Assembly: GCF_026571515.1 (NCBI RefSeq)
Contig: NW_026864381.1
Span: 124,001-188,000 of the forward strand
DNA: 64,000 nucleotides
Direction of reading: 5' to 3'
Source of the DNA: Ruditapes philippinarum
Lineage: Eukaryota
Shown: positions 1 through 11,900 of the stretch, one piece after another
Layout of the letters: every line of letters begins with the position of its first letter
How positions within the stretch are numbered: the stretch's first letter is position 1
Notes under the pieces: generated by a model
What the model was told of the DNA's origin: nothing
The model's input: the letters and a program-made list of their open reading frames with translations, nothing else
Database searches by the model: none
Translations under genes and position numbers: made by a program

Positions 1-252
1 AAAATACCTCAAAACATTTGTTGAATCCTATAGACTTCATCACCTCATATTTAGCAGTAATTTGAGCACTAATAATTGCCTGCTGGCAGATTCAATTTAT
101 GCTGGCCAGTTGTTAATTATAGTTTATGACACCTTCACTCAGGAAGCAACAGGGGGTAAACAATTAATCTTTTAAATGATCAAAATATTTGCTGATAACT
201 GTTAGTTGAAAGAGGCACATTGATTTACCAAGCAAAGGATTAGTGACACTAT

Positions 253-1411
253 TCAGGCCTGAAAAAAACAAGCAATTATCAGTATTGCAAGCAATCCATA
301 AGTCCCCTACTGGTTAGAACCCCAGCAACATTCTGAAGGGCCATTGTTGGAAAAGTTCTTTAAAACTGATCACAGGAAACAGTTTTTTATGAACAGACAG
401 CCAGACGGATTAAGGAACACTCTAAAAATAATATTTGAAACATCCCTGTTACCAAAATATAACATTTTTAAAAGCAAAATTCTTAAATAGGAGATAAATT
501 TTGAATAAAGATGCAATTTCATAAACATTTTCAGCTATTTTTTACTTATATTGTTATATTTGCCATGTTTTAAGCCTATATGTTGCCATGGCAACAAATT
601 TTTCAAAATAGGAAGAAAAGATAAAGACATGCATAATCTCCAGACTGCCATCTACCCATATGTCAAGTTTCATAAAAATATTTCCAGTACTTTTTGAGTT
701 ATCACTGGATTCAGTTTATGTGTAAAATTTGCCATATTTTCAGTCTATATGTTGCCATAACAACCAGAATTTTCAACATGACGGACTTTCTAACAGGAGA
801 GTATTTAAGTGGCTACTCTATTGTTCTCATATTGATCTTTTAAGCCACACAAAAGAAAATAGCAACATAAAAGCATTATGGAATGAATGACATCAAAGAG
901 AAAGAACAGTTACCTATTGTCCCTCTAGCCACATAATTACTGTCCTGTGAGTGCGGACAGACAGACGGATGATAAACCTAAAGTCCCCGCCGGTAAACCG
1001 GTATGGGACTAATAAATTGGGTTGTAAGGGTAACATGCTCTCCAAGAATAGGTAGGGTAGGTAGGATTTTTTTTTTTTTTTGAATCATGCTCAGTTCTGA
1101 ACATCTTAATCCAGAGAAAATGTTCATGCCCTGATTTGTATGGTAGTGATTGGTGGGGTATGTCTAAACTGGCACAAGGGTAGACTTCTGCTGAGTAAGC
1201 CTAATTTACTATTCATTATATTGAATAATACCTTAATAATTTAACCTATGATAATATCCCCAATGGCTGAAGAACATGATTTCTATACACTCAACTTTTG
1301 CAATATTTTTTTTATTTGACAGACCTATAAAAATGGTAGGGTCGGGCATATATTTAGGTAGGGTAGGGTTATCCTAACAAAACAATTCAAAACAATTTTT
1401 TTTAGGCCTTA
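253..1411. mobile_element. MITE with AGGCCT(A)n termini, interrupted by a HINE
   Basis: Left end aggcctgaaaaaaa, right end tttttttaggcctta; GGTAG repeats inside; the left TIR resumes after about 1013. Confidence 0.6.
267..1013 (-). mobile_element. Non-autonomous Helentron-type element (HINE/pearl-like)
   Basis: Terminal hairpin agtccccgccggtaaaccggtatgggact, GACA/GACG microsatellite, subterminal agtcccc repeat at 301, aacaag end. Confidence 0.7.
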
Positions 1412-1877
1412 CTGCATATTACAATGCTGTATGGGGATAATCCATCCATTTTAAGCATTCTATAATAATTGATAATAACTTGACAATAAGATTTCATAAA
1501 ACAATGTGAAATTTCTGGCTGCAAAGTAGATTATTTTACATTTTCATTTTTACTGGGGCATAAATCATCTCCGGGATGCCTGCGGAGCAGGCACCTTATT
1601 TCGGGGACAGTCCCAATTCTGAAAACATGTTTATTTTTCTTCAAACAAAACTGCAAATTTTCTCATTTTCAATAGAAATACCAACGTATTTCTGAATTTG
1701 GCAGTAAATTTTGCTGGTGTAATTCTATATTGGCACGACTCCTTTTCAGCCATTATTGCAGACAGGATACTTCCTGTCTTTAATCAGCAAATTGTATTTA
1801 GGTAAACATCGCATAATTCATACTCATATTGTATTTTTGTTGGACTTTTAGAGTGGGAGAAACAGTGAATGTATATA

Positions 1878-2088
1878 AACAAATAAGATGATCATGGGGT
1901 CCAAATGCAATACCAACCAGGGTTTCCACATTAGGTTGCTATATACCAAGTTTGATTACAATACCTCACTCCAAACTCTAGTTATTGTCTGATCTACCTA
2001 AATTTTCATCATTCACAAATGACGCACTGAATAACCGACAAGCTGACTCCTATATACCCCGTTAACTTCGTTTGTGAGGGTATAATTA
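1878..2088 (-). mobile_element. Short HINE remnant
   Basis: Terminal hairpin tataccccgttaacttcgtttgtgagggtata; ccaagtttg core motif. Confidence 0.5.
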
Positions 2089-3492
2089 CAAGATAACAAT
2101 AAAAGCCGATGTACTCTGATTGAAAACAGAAGCGACTAGACTGGTGTCCTGCGCACTTATATGGGAACCATAATAGAAAAGAGGAACAAGAATAAACGGA
2201 AGCAGTGTATAAAATATCGAATGACAATTTTAAAACTGAAAATGTAAAATAAAAATGAACGATTATTTCAAACAATTAATTTAAAATAAAATCAAGCTCA
2301 CTTTGAGGATTTCCCTTTTTTCATATTACTTGATTCTGTTTAAAAAATAATAGGGTGACCATATAAGTAAACATTCGTATTGTTACTAGTCAACATATTT
2401 TCCCCGAACTTTTGTTAATCAACAAGTTAAATCCATGTTATAAATTACTGCGACTGTAAAGTATCGATACCCAAAGCTGAATGACTTTCAATTACAATTC
2501 ATAATGCACAGTAACTCGTGCATACGTAATTAAACAAAACAACTTCTGATTGGTACATTCAAAAGATCTATCCAATCCAAAGGAAATTATTTACCGCCTA
2601 ATTCGCTTCACTTAACCGGTGGAAATATATTATATATAGTTTGACATATATATTTCAAACAATATATACAAATAGTTAAAGCTGAAAAAAATGCTTTTAA
2701 TTGGAATAAGATCGACATACATACTAAAAAAATAAAGCTTGAAAGAGAAAGAATTAACAATGCATAAATACATAAAAAAATCCACGTAAGTAATTATTAT
2801 AAACAACACATATTTTTTAAATACTTTATTTTTCTCTATATAAACAAATGAGGTATGCATATTATTCAAAAGAATACATCATGATTTCTATGTAATAAAC
2901 CACAATCTGTTTTAATTCTTTATTCACCACTCAATAGATATAAAACTTAACTATGATTTAAACGTTTTTATTATATTTACATATACATAAATTAATAAAT
3001 ATATATACGTATATACGAAAGTAAAAGCAACATGAATATTATATTCATTAATGATATTTGCGTCATAATTTAATTATAACAAAATATTGATGATAAAAAC
3101 ACTATATATATGAACCACGTCTACTTTGCCTTTAATTACTATATAACATCAGTTAGACGAAACCACTTTCGCACCTCTTCATAAATTAAGTTAGCCGAAC
3201 CGGTAGTTCGACGAAACCACCATAATTCCTCAGTAATTATTTCCTGAAACAGCATAAATTATCATCACATATCATTGCTAATGCCTATGTGACTGTAATA
3301 CCAGTGCCCACAAACATAGTATTGATATGTAAGTTAGTGTTGTGCAACCTAATCGACTGGTTGAACACTTTAATTGAAGACAATGTTACATTTATGATGT
3401 AGTTTCTGCTCAAACGGGTAGGAAAATATACATTCTTTTGCGATAAAACATTTGGACAAAAGAAAAATTCTAAATATTCAAAAATAAATCAC

Positions 3493-3545
3493 CTGGACTG
3501 TTTTGTATAAAATTTTACTTGGACATGCGGGACATCGGTCTCCAT
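3493..3545 (-). CDS. WDR12: First coding exon of a probable WDR12/Ytm1 ribosome-biogenesis gene; the rest of the gene is presumably left of the window
   Basis: Minus-strand caaaATGG start, reads METDVPHVQVKFYTKQS+AG, then a phase-2 donor AG|GTGATT. The peptide aligns without gaps to the recalled human WDR12 N-terminus (QLQTRFYTDNKK). No exon 2 was found in the window. Confidence 0.6.
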
Positions 3546-5282
3546 TTTGAAATCGTGATAGGAAAACGCTTGCCAAGGTCGTGAATAAACTCTGTTTTAA
3601 AAAACACGTAAGTGTTTCACGTAGTAAACAAGAGAGTATAGGACAAAAGCGCCCCGGACAAAAGCTATCCCGGCGGACAAAAGCCATCCCATGAAAATGA
3701 CAGGGCGGAAAACGTTTTTGATATAGATGGTCTCTTTTTGTCACAAGTTTTTTTTAATTACTGTTGTTATCTAGGGAAGAGATTTTTAAATTATCCAATT
3801 CTTTTAATTGGAACAATTAATTGGATTAATTGGATTACAGTTTCAATTGCAGATTTGACATGAGTCCATAATTCTCCAGCTGAAAGTTTGTGAACCCTAT
3901 TTATAATTCTTGACTGAGTATTTGAATACGATTTTTGAATTCTGGCCAATAACTGTTAACTTTTTATATAGATTAGACAGTTTCTTGGTATTTGTTTGAG
4001 ATACATGTATAATATATGTGAAATAATAGTCACATGCAAATTATATTTTACGTATACATGTTTTCCCCGTTGATTAGCCTTAAACGTGTATATAAAAATA
4101 TTTGATTTATGCATACGACTTACATCTATATTGAAATATGTATTATATGTAAGTAGTGTGTCTTTTTACATTTTTTACAAACTGAACTTTACTGAGGTAA
4201 CTCCGATGCATAGATCTAATACTCTATGACCCCAACAGTTAATAACTATTTTTGTTTGAAGGTTGTTATTAAAGAAACAAGCACATTGTCGCCTAGTAAT
4301 ATAGGAGTAGGACAGAATGACTGTGATGATATTTTTAAATTTTGTAAACTTTTTCATGTGTGTCCAACAACATTATTTTTTTGTTAGCAGAAACTGCCGC
4401 AAAACATTCTTGTTACTGATCTACCCTAAGGTACATTCCCAGTTGTAGTTAGAATAGTCCTCTCCACAGACATTGGAAACAGATTTGAAAAACAGGTGAA
4501 ATATCAACAAAGATACATGTATCAAACATATAATATGTAAAAATAAATGATTGCTGTTGACATTCCTGCTATATTTGATACAAAAAATTAAATGTTTTCT
4601 TTAAAATACCATGTTTTGGATACCTCAATCAGGACCTTGAAAAAGCGCCAGTTTCTATTTCCATTAATAATTCTTTTTGTGTAACTTAAATTCTTTTAAC
4701 CGAATTTTGTTTAGATGAGTTAATATCTTAAATATACAAAATGATAAATAAATAATTGCAAAAAAAATGTGATTTAGTGTCTGCAACCAGTATTGTTTAG
4801 GTCTAACAGCTTTGTAATTCTAAGTATCAATTCAGTATTGTACTCATCAATGCAATTATATCATAATATAATATTGAAACATAAAGAAGAAAAAATATAA
4901 CAATGATGAATTTTTGCGGAATGGAAATATGTGTGGTATTACAACAATACAATGCTGGTAATAAAGAAAATATTGTTTTTTAGATGATTTCCGTGAATTC
5001 AAAATATTATTTTGTTCAACACATACTAATATAAATTCAAAAATGCATTGCTAATCGTATTTTATTGTCTCAGTTTAAATTTTGCACTCCGTTGCGCCCG
5101 TTGCGCCAAAAAATATCCGTTGCGTATTTTAGTGGTACCGGTATTTCAAAACGTCCCCATGGACAGAATTTAGTGTAGGTGCAAGCGTCTTGTTAACATT
5201 TGTGAATGATGAAAATTTAGATCAATAATCTAAAATTGATGTCTTATTTCTCATAATTCTGCGAGTTACAATATTAAAGAAT

Positions 5283-5937
5283 ATGAGCAGATTTATAAAT
5301 CGAGGTCGGCCTTTTAACAGAAATTATAATCAAGGCCCACAAAATGCCAATTTTCAAGGTGGAAACAACTACAGCAACACGTATGGTAATGACGGCTATG
5401 CTGCAAACGATGCGTACGGTTACAACTCGGAAGGTTACCCAGAAGCCACTTACTATGAAAATCAGAGTTACGAAACTAGCACAGATTACACTACAGGCAA
5501 CATTGATTATGCTAACAACGGCAATGCTGAGTATTCTGAGGGCTACAGTGAAGGTGCTGATTATGATCAAACAGCATATGATGAAACGGCAGGTTATGAT
5601 CAAACATCAGGTTACGATACAGGGATAGGTTATGATGCTGGGACTGGATATGATAATACTGCTGGGTATAATGATGGTTATGATCCTTCGACTACCAATT
5701 ATGATGGCTATGAATATGAACAACAAGAGCCAGGAGGTTACACTCAATCATCAAATATAGATAATAGTCATAATACAACACAATGGTCTGGATATTCAAA
5801 TTTTACAAATAAACCCTCATTTAGAGGTGGTCCAAGAGGAATGGGCCAGTTTGGAAACAGAATGCAAACTAATAACCCACTGCAAAATAGACAGCCAAAT
5901 AGTAGTACACAAATGTCTGGACAATCAGGTTTTCCAG
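5283..5937 (+). CDS. ZF gene exon 1: Y/G/N/Q/D-rich low-complexity region, GYDxxx repeats, RGG
   Basis: ORF 5283; phase-1 donor AG|GTAGTC at 5938. An alternative phase-1 donor exists at 5977. Confidence 0.8.
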
Positions 5938-8900
5938 GTAGTCTAAATAATCCATTTCTACTCATTTCATTTTCAGGTACTAAGTTATAAATGTAAAGGA
6001 AAATTATGGGTGAAACAAGGCATCCAGATCCCATGGATCTGAAATGATTGTGAGGGATCCAGGAGATTTTTAGCTGGAGATTCCATAGGGTGTTTATTGA
6101 ATTTTTTTTTTGGATACTATCATTTGATTAATTAAAATCATAAATTCTATATTCCTGTTCATAAAACATCAAAAAGTTGATATGTTCATAAGCGTGAAAG
6201 GTGAGTCACAGTTTGAACTTAAACTGACTGGTCTTCCCAAAATTGAGGAAGAACAGTCACACTGTGCCTAAACCACATGACTCACTTTATCTTTGGTAAT
6301 ACAGTAAATAGAAAATTAGTAAATAGTAAATAAGCCGCTTGATTTATTTTTTTTATAAACTTGTGTAAGGTCTTTATTCTTTAACAAATGCATGACCAAA
6401 GAAAGTGGAGGCTAGGTGAAAGTTTTACATCATGAATGTATGGTAATAATTCTTTTAATAGATGGACAGTTTTGGTCCTAAAGCGAGAGATCTATATTTT
6501 TCCTTCAATTTTCTTTATTACTGTAGAAGCATTTCAAGGGATGCAGTTTCCGGAGATTGTGGTTCAACTACAGCCTCTAGGAATGAATTGGTCACTGAAT
6601 AACCTGTAAAAAAACTATTCTACACTCAAAACTTTGGCAGATTTACTTTGTAATTGTACATTGTAATTGTATTTCTGAAAGAATCTTTGAATATTTATAA
6701 ATTACATGTAGTTTATCTTGTTATTTTTCAGCTCGAGGTAGAGGACAATTGAAATCTAATTCTGCTAGGAGACCATTTCAAAAGCAGAGAGGAGCACATA
6801 GCTTTGGACAGTTTGGTGAGTCAATGAAACCTGAACAAAATGTTAACCTTAATAGTTCTGGAAAAGGACAGTTTAATAGAGTATCAGGTAATACTGGAAA
6901 TACAAACATTCAAACAAAATTTCATTTGGAAAACAAAACTGGAGTTGAAAAGACAGTCAAGTTAGGACAGCCTCAAGAAAAGAAGTCAGATGAGAAAGTA
7001 GTGTTGGATGCCAAGGAAGGAAAGGATAAAGAAAAACCAATGGGAGAACTTCAAGAAAACAAATTACCTAATAAAGAGGAAGCAGATAAAGTAGGAGAAT
7101 TATCTAAGAAAGAGGAATCACAAAGAAATGAAAAACAGCAAAAGAAAGAGGAATTGCCTGGAAAAGTAGAACAGCAAAAGAAAGAAGAATTGTCTGGAAA
7201 AGTAGAACAGCAAAAGAAAGAGGAACTGCCAAAGGATGAGAAGGAAACCACAGAAGAGACAAAAGAAGGATCAAATGAGGATAATGAAAGTGATTCATCT
7301 GATGAAGATACTGATTTCTGTATATACTGCAAGTTGAATTTCAGCACACCAAAGGTAAATTAAGCTCCAATAGAAGATTCATACAGCACAACAAATTTTT
7401 ACTTTAGATTATTTTGTTATGTCCAAATATAAGGAGCCAAAAAAATTTTTTTTTATAATACTAAATATCTTAAATGGACCTGTCCATCTTTTAATATGAA
7501 AGGGGAACATTGCCTGCACGTATGTGCCAGCTGATCTTGGTCTGCACTGGTTCCATGGTATCAGTATGTTAAAAGTTAACTACTTGATACATTGTATTCT
7601 ATGTCAGCTTCTCATCAAGTTGTAATACTTTAGTCTTTACATTACTTAGATGATTATCATGTTAAGAATATCTGGAATAAAATCTTAGCAACGAGCCTGG
7701 TATACTATATGGAATAAATCTTTATCTGAACAAACCTGTTCAAAATTGTAGATGAATCATAGCATCACTTGCTTTAACCACACATTACTGCTGTGAATTA
7801 ATACAGTTGATATAGACATATTTTTTTTTGTATATATAAAAAGTGTTTAGGAGGACAATATGCATTTATGGAATAAGAGGTTCCTTAATTTCTCTTAATG
7901 TTATGTTATTGTTAAGCTGCCATCATGAAGATGTTAGAAATAGCCTGTATTTGTCACTGAGATGGTTGAATGTTTTTTACAGGCGTATCATGCCCATACA
8001 CGTGGGTTACAACATACAACTCTAGTTATGCAGGCTAAAGCAGAGAAAGGAGATGCCAGATTCCAGAAAGAAAAGGTAGAGCCCAGTGTACTAGGTGAGA
8101 AAAAATGATTTTAAATTTTCTTCCAGTTTTAAAGATACTTTATTATCACACTGCACCTGCTTAAAAAAACTAGAAAGAAATGTTTTATAATTTATTGTTA
8201 AGTTATAAATTTAAACTGAATTGATTTCAATGGGGATATATGTAAAGTAGATGGAAAGAGAATTTTTTTATATCAATTTTTGTTAATATTTCTTATTGAT
8301 ATATGTTTTGGTAAACATTTTTTTAAAGGTATTAAGGTTAAAGCAGCACACCTCCAGATTCATGCTAATTTTCATGAAAATTTTGAAAATGTATCTGAAT
8401 CTTTAATATTGTGAAGTAACCAAAAGGAAGCAATTTACATTATCAATGGCACTTACAAACCAAGTAAATTACAAAGAAGTTGTCAAAATATGCATAAATA
8501 GCCCTTAATGTGTTAGTAACACAGTAGAAATATAGTTGTAAATACTGAAAAATCATTTATCACAAAGAACATGTAAAATATTACTTGAATCTTGAATCTT
8601 TTTACTTTCCTAAAAATTTATTACATTTTTCTTTAGTTTGATTTTATTGAAATATTTTGACTCATCTGGAGGCATGGAGCTTTAAGATGATTAAATGAAT
8701 ATCAGGCTCTACTAAGTTAGAAGCTGTTGAATAGCCAATATTTTACTGTAAGAGTTAATTCAGGCAAAAAAATTTTATGCTGTGGATCAATGTACTAACT
8801 TGACTTAAATGTCACTTTTGGGATTTGGATATAGGCCTGTAATGGCCTTGATAATCATTGACCTTAACCACATGCCTATGGAGGTCAATATAAAACCAGT

Positions 8901-11900
8901 AATTGCTGATTTGTCATAATATTAAGTGTAGTTGTATTTTATTAACCGGTACCTGGATTGTGTATTAACCGGTACCCAGCTGGCATTGTGTATCATGCTT
9001 GTCCTGCTTTGGATCTACAACAAAACAATAAATTAAGTAATTAATGAGATTTTAATATCAAAATATTAAAGATTGACCAGCTTACAATATAGAGCCTAAT
9101 CTACCCCCGCACAGATGTTCAGGCTTGACTGAGTTTACATGTTAACTTGTGTCAAATACACAGGGCATTTTTAACTTGACTATTGGAAGAAAAGGAAAAG
9201 CTACATGTATTGATTTCAACTCATTATCAAAGTCATATTTTGATTAAGTTTTTGCAAGTTGGCATCTCCAAAACTGCTGATGAGAATGGGTTGAAACTTC
9301 ACACACTTGTTTTCTGTGATTATCTATGGTGATGGGCACAGGTCCGAAAACTCCTAGTTACCTATTTATGCATCTTCTCTTACTGTCAGGCACTGAGAAT
9401 AGTCAAGCCCGCTGTTTTATGGAAGCTGATGTTTGCTTCCTGGGTTAAAGCTACTGATAAAAGTGTTCTTTAAAGGTTAATGTTTAGCTCTTAAAATGAG
9501 CCACACCATAACAAAACCAACATTATGTGTTTGCGACCAGCATGGATCCAGACCAGCCTGCGCATCCAATCAGTCTGATCAGGATCCATGCTGTTCGCTT
9601 ACAAACCCTATAACAAGTAGAGAAACTGATAGCGAACAGCATGGATCCTGATCAGACTGAATGGATGCACAGGCTGGTCTGGATCCATGCTGGTCGCAAA
9701 CGCACTATGTTGGTTTTGTCATGGTGCGGCTCATTAATTATTTTCTCTTTATTAGAGGTAAACATTCCTGAACCTAAGAAACCAGCACCAGTACCAGATG
9801 AGCCAGAGTATGACTACGAGGAGAACTGGATGAATCTTGATGAAGATGTTTTAAAATACATGCAAGACAACAAAAACCCAGACAGTAGAGATCTTAACCC
9901 TAATGAAATCGGCAGATGTCCTTTGCCAGATGACTTTGTATGTCCAGTAAGTAAAATATTCTGTTCCTAGATGGCATTGTATTTAACTGATAATTTATAA
10001 TTTATGGTACCTATTATAAAATGGCGTAGGTGTTATTATACATGTATCTAAGTCTTGCTTTTTGTTATAGTTATACCTAACTGAAGGTATAGGTATTGAT
10101 AATTGATATATCCCTACTCTCACCTTTTATTTGAATAACAAAAGATTTAACCATAAGCATTAACATGTGCTCTTTTGTTAACAAATATGTTGTGACAAAA
10201 TTCTTATTTTATCCACTAATCTGATAATTAGAATTATATAGGTCAGGGATCTATGCATACTGCTCAACAATATGAAAAAACATCATAAAATTGTATGCCC
10301 TTAAAGATTGTATATAATTTTATGGCATATGTAAACCAACATTCACATAAAATATTTAAATTTATGTTTGTACTTTTAAAATTGACGAACATTAGCTGTT
10401 GCCTGTAGCCAATTTCAGGAGAAATCATAACTTGTATACTGGTCTGTGTATAGGTAAATCTCATTGTGTTAGAAACACTTAGTGTTGATTCAAAACAATC
10501 TGTATGCTTAGCTGGCCTTTTCCCCCTTATATAATTACTACCAGTACATGCCAAAACATATGTTTTTTCCCTAAATGAGAAGTTTAAATTTATTTCCCAT
10601 TTGTCAATATGTATTGATGTTGTTGTTAATTTTTTTAACCAGGTTTTCAACGAAAACCGGGTTATTGTAATGCCGAAGTCGGCGGGCGGGCGTCAACTTT
10701 TGGTTTTCGCTGAATAACTTTAGTTTGCTTTGGCCTATTGACACCAAACTTGGTGTGTAGGTAGCTTATATCAAGAGGCAGCTTGGGATTGCTACCCAGG
10801 TGTCTGTGATCAAGGTCAAGGTCACTGTTACTAAAATAGAAATTCAGTTTCCGCTCAGTAACTTGAGTTTGCTTTGGCCTATTGACACCAAACTTGGTGT
10901 ATGGATAGCTTATATCAAGAGGTAGCTTGGGATTGCTACCCAGATATCTGTAATCAAGGTCAAGGTCACTGTTACTAAAAATAGAAATTCAGTTTCTGCT
11001 CAATAACTTGAGTTTGCTATGGCCTATTGACACCAAACTTGGTGTATGGATAGTTTATATCAAGAGGCAGCTTTGGATTGCTACCCAGGTGTCTGTGATC
11101 AAGGTCAAGGTCACTGTTACTAAAAATAGAAATTCAGTTTCTGCTCAATAACTTGAGTTTGCTTTGGCCTATTGACACTAAACTTGGTGTATGGATAGCT
11201 TATATTAAGAGGCAGCTTTGGATTGCCACCCAGGTGTCTGTGATCAAGGTCAAGGTCACTGTTACTAAAAATAGAAATTCAGTTTCTGCTCAATAACTTG
11301 AGTTTTCTTTGGCTTATTAACACCAAACTTGGTGTATGGATAGCTTATATCAAGAGGCAGCTTGGGATTGCTATCCAGGTGTCTGTTATCAAGGTCAAGG
11401 TCACTGTTACTAAAAATAGAAATTCAGTTTCTGCTCAATAACTTGAGTTTGCTTTGGCCTATTGACACCAAACTTGGTGTATGGATAGCTTATATCAAGA
11501 GGCAGCTTTGGATTGCCACCCAGGTGTCTGCTATCAAGGCCAAGGTCACTGTTACTAAAAATAGAAATTCAGTTTCTGCTCAATAACTTGAGTTTGCTTT
11601 GGCCTATTGACACCAAACTTGATGAATGGATAGCTTATATCAAGAGGCAGCTTGGGATTGTTACCCAGGTGTCTGTGATCAAGGTTAATGTATTTAGTTT
11701 TCATTTTATAACTTGAGTTTGCTTTGACCTTTTGACACCAAGTTTGCTGAGTGGCAGTGGATTTGCCACTTAGATATCTGGGAGCAAGTTCAAGGTCATT
11801 TGCTTACAATAGAATGTTCAGCTTCTACTCAATAGCTTCAGTGCACTTTGACCTATTGATTGCTGTCACATCAAAACTTGATCGTTGAAAACCTGGTTTT

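Noticed and set aside
5977-5990. Exon 1 read-through to the stop at 5990 as a stand-alone 235-aa gene
   Set aside because: Phase-1 donors at 5938 and 5977 join cleanly to exon 2, and the ORF tail (PFLLISFS) looks intronic. Which donor is used cannot be settled from sequence alone.
8941-8995. Short direct duplication attaaccggtacc...attgtgtat
   Set aside because: A two-copy local slippage with no sign of function.
11362-11716. ORFs of 74 and 67 aa
   Set aside because: Translations of the 145-bp HINE core repeat. The ORFs at 32579-33842 and 42886-43572 likewise come from HINE or SINE sequence.
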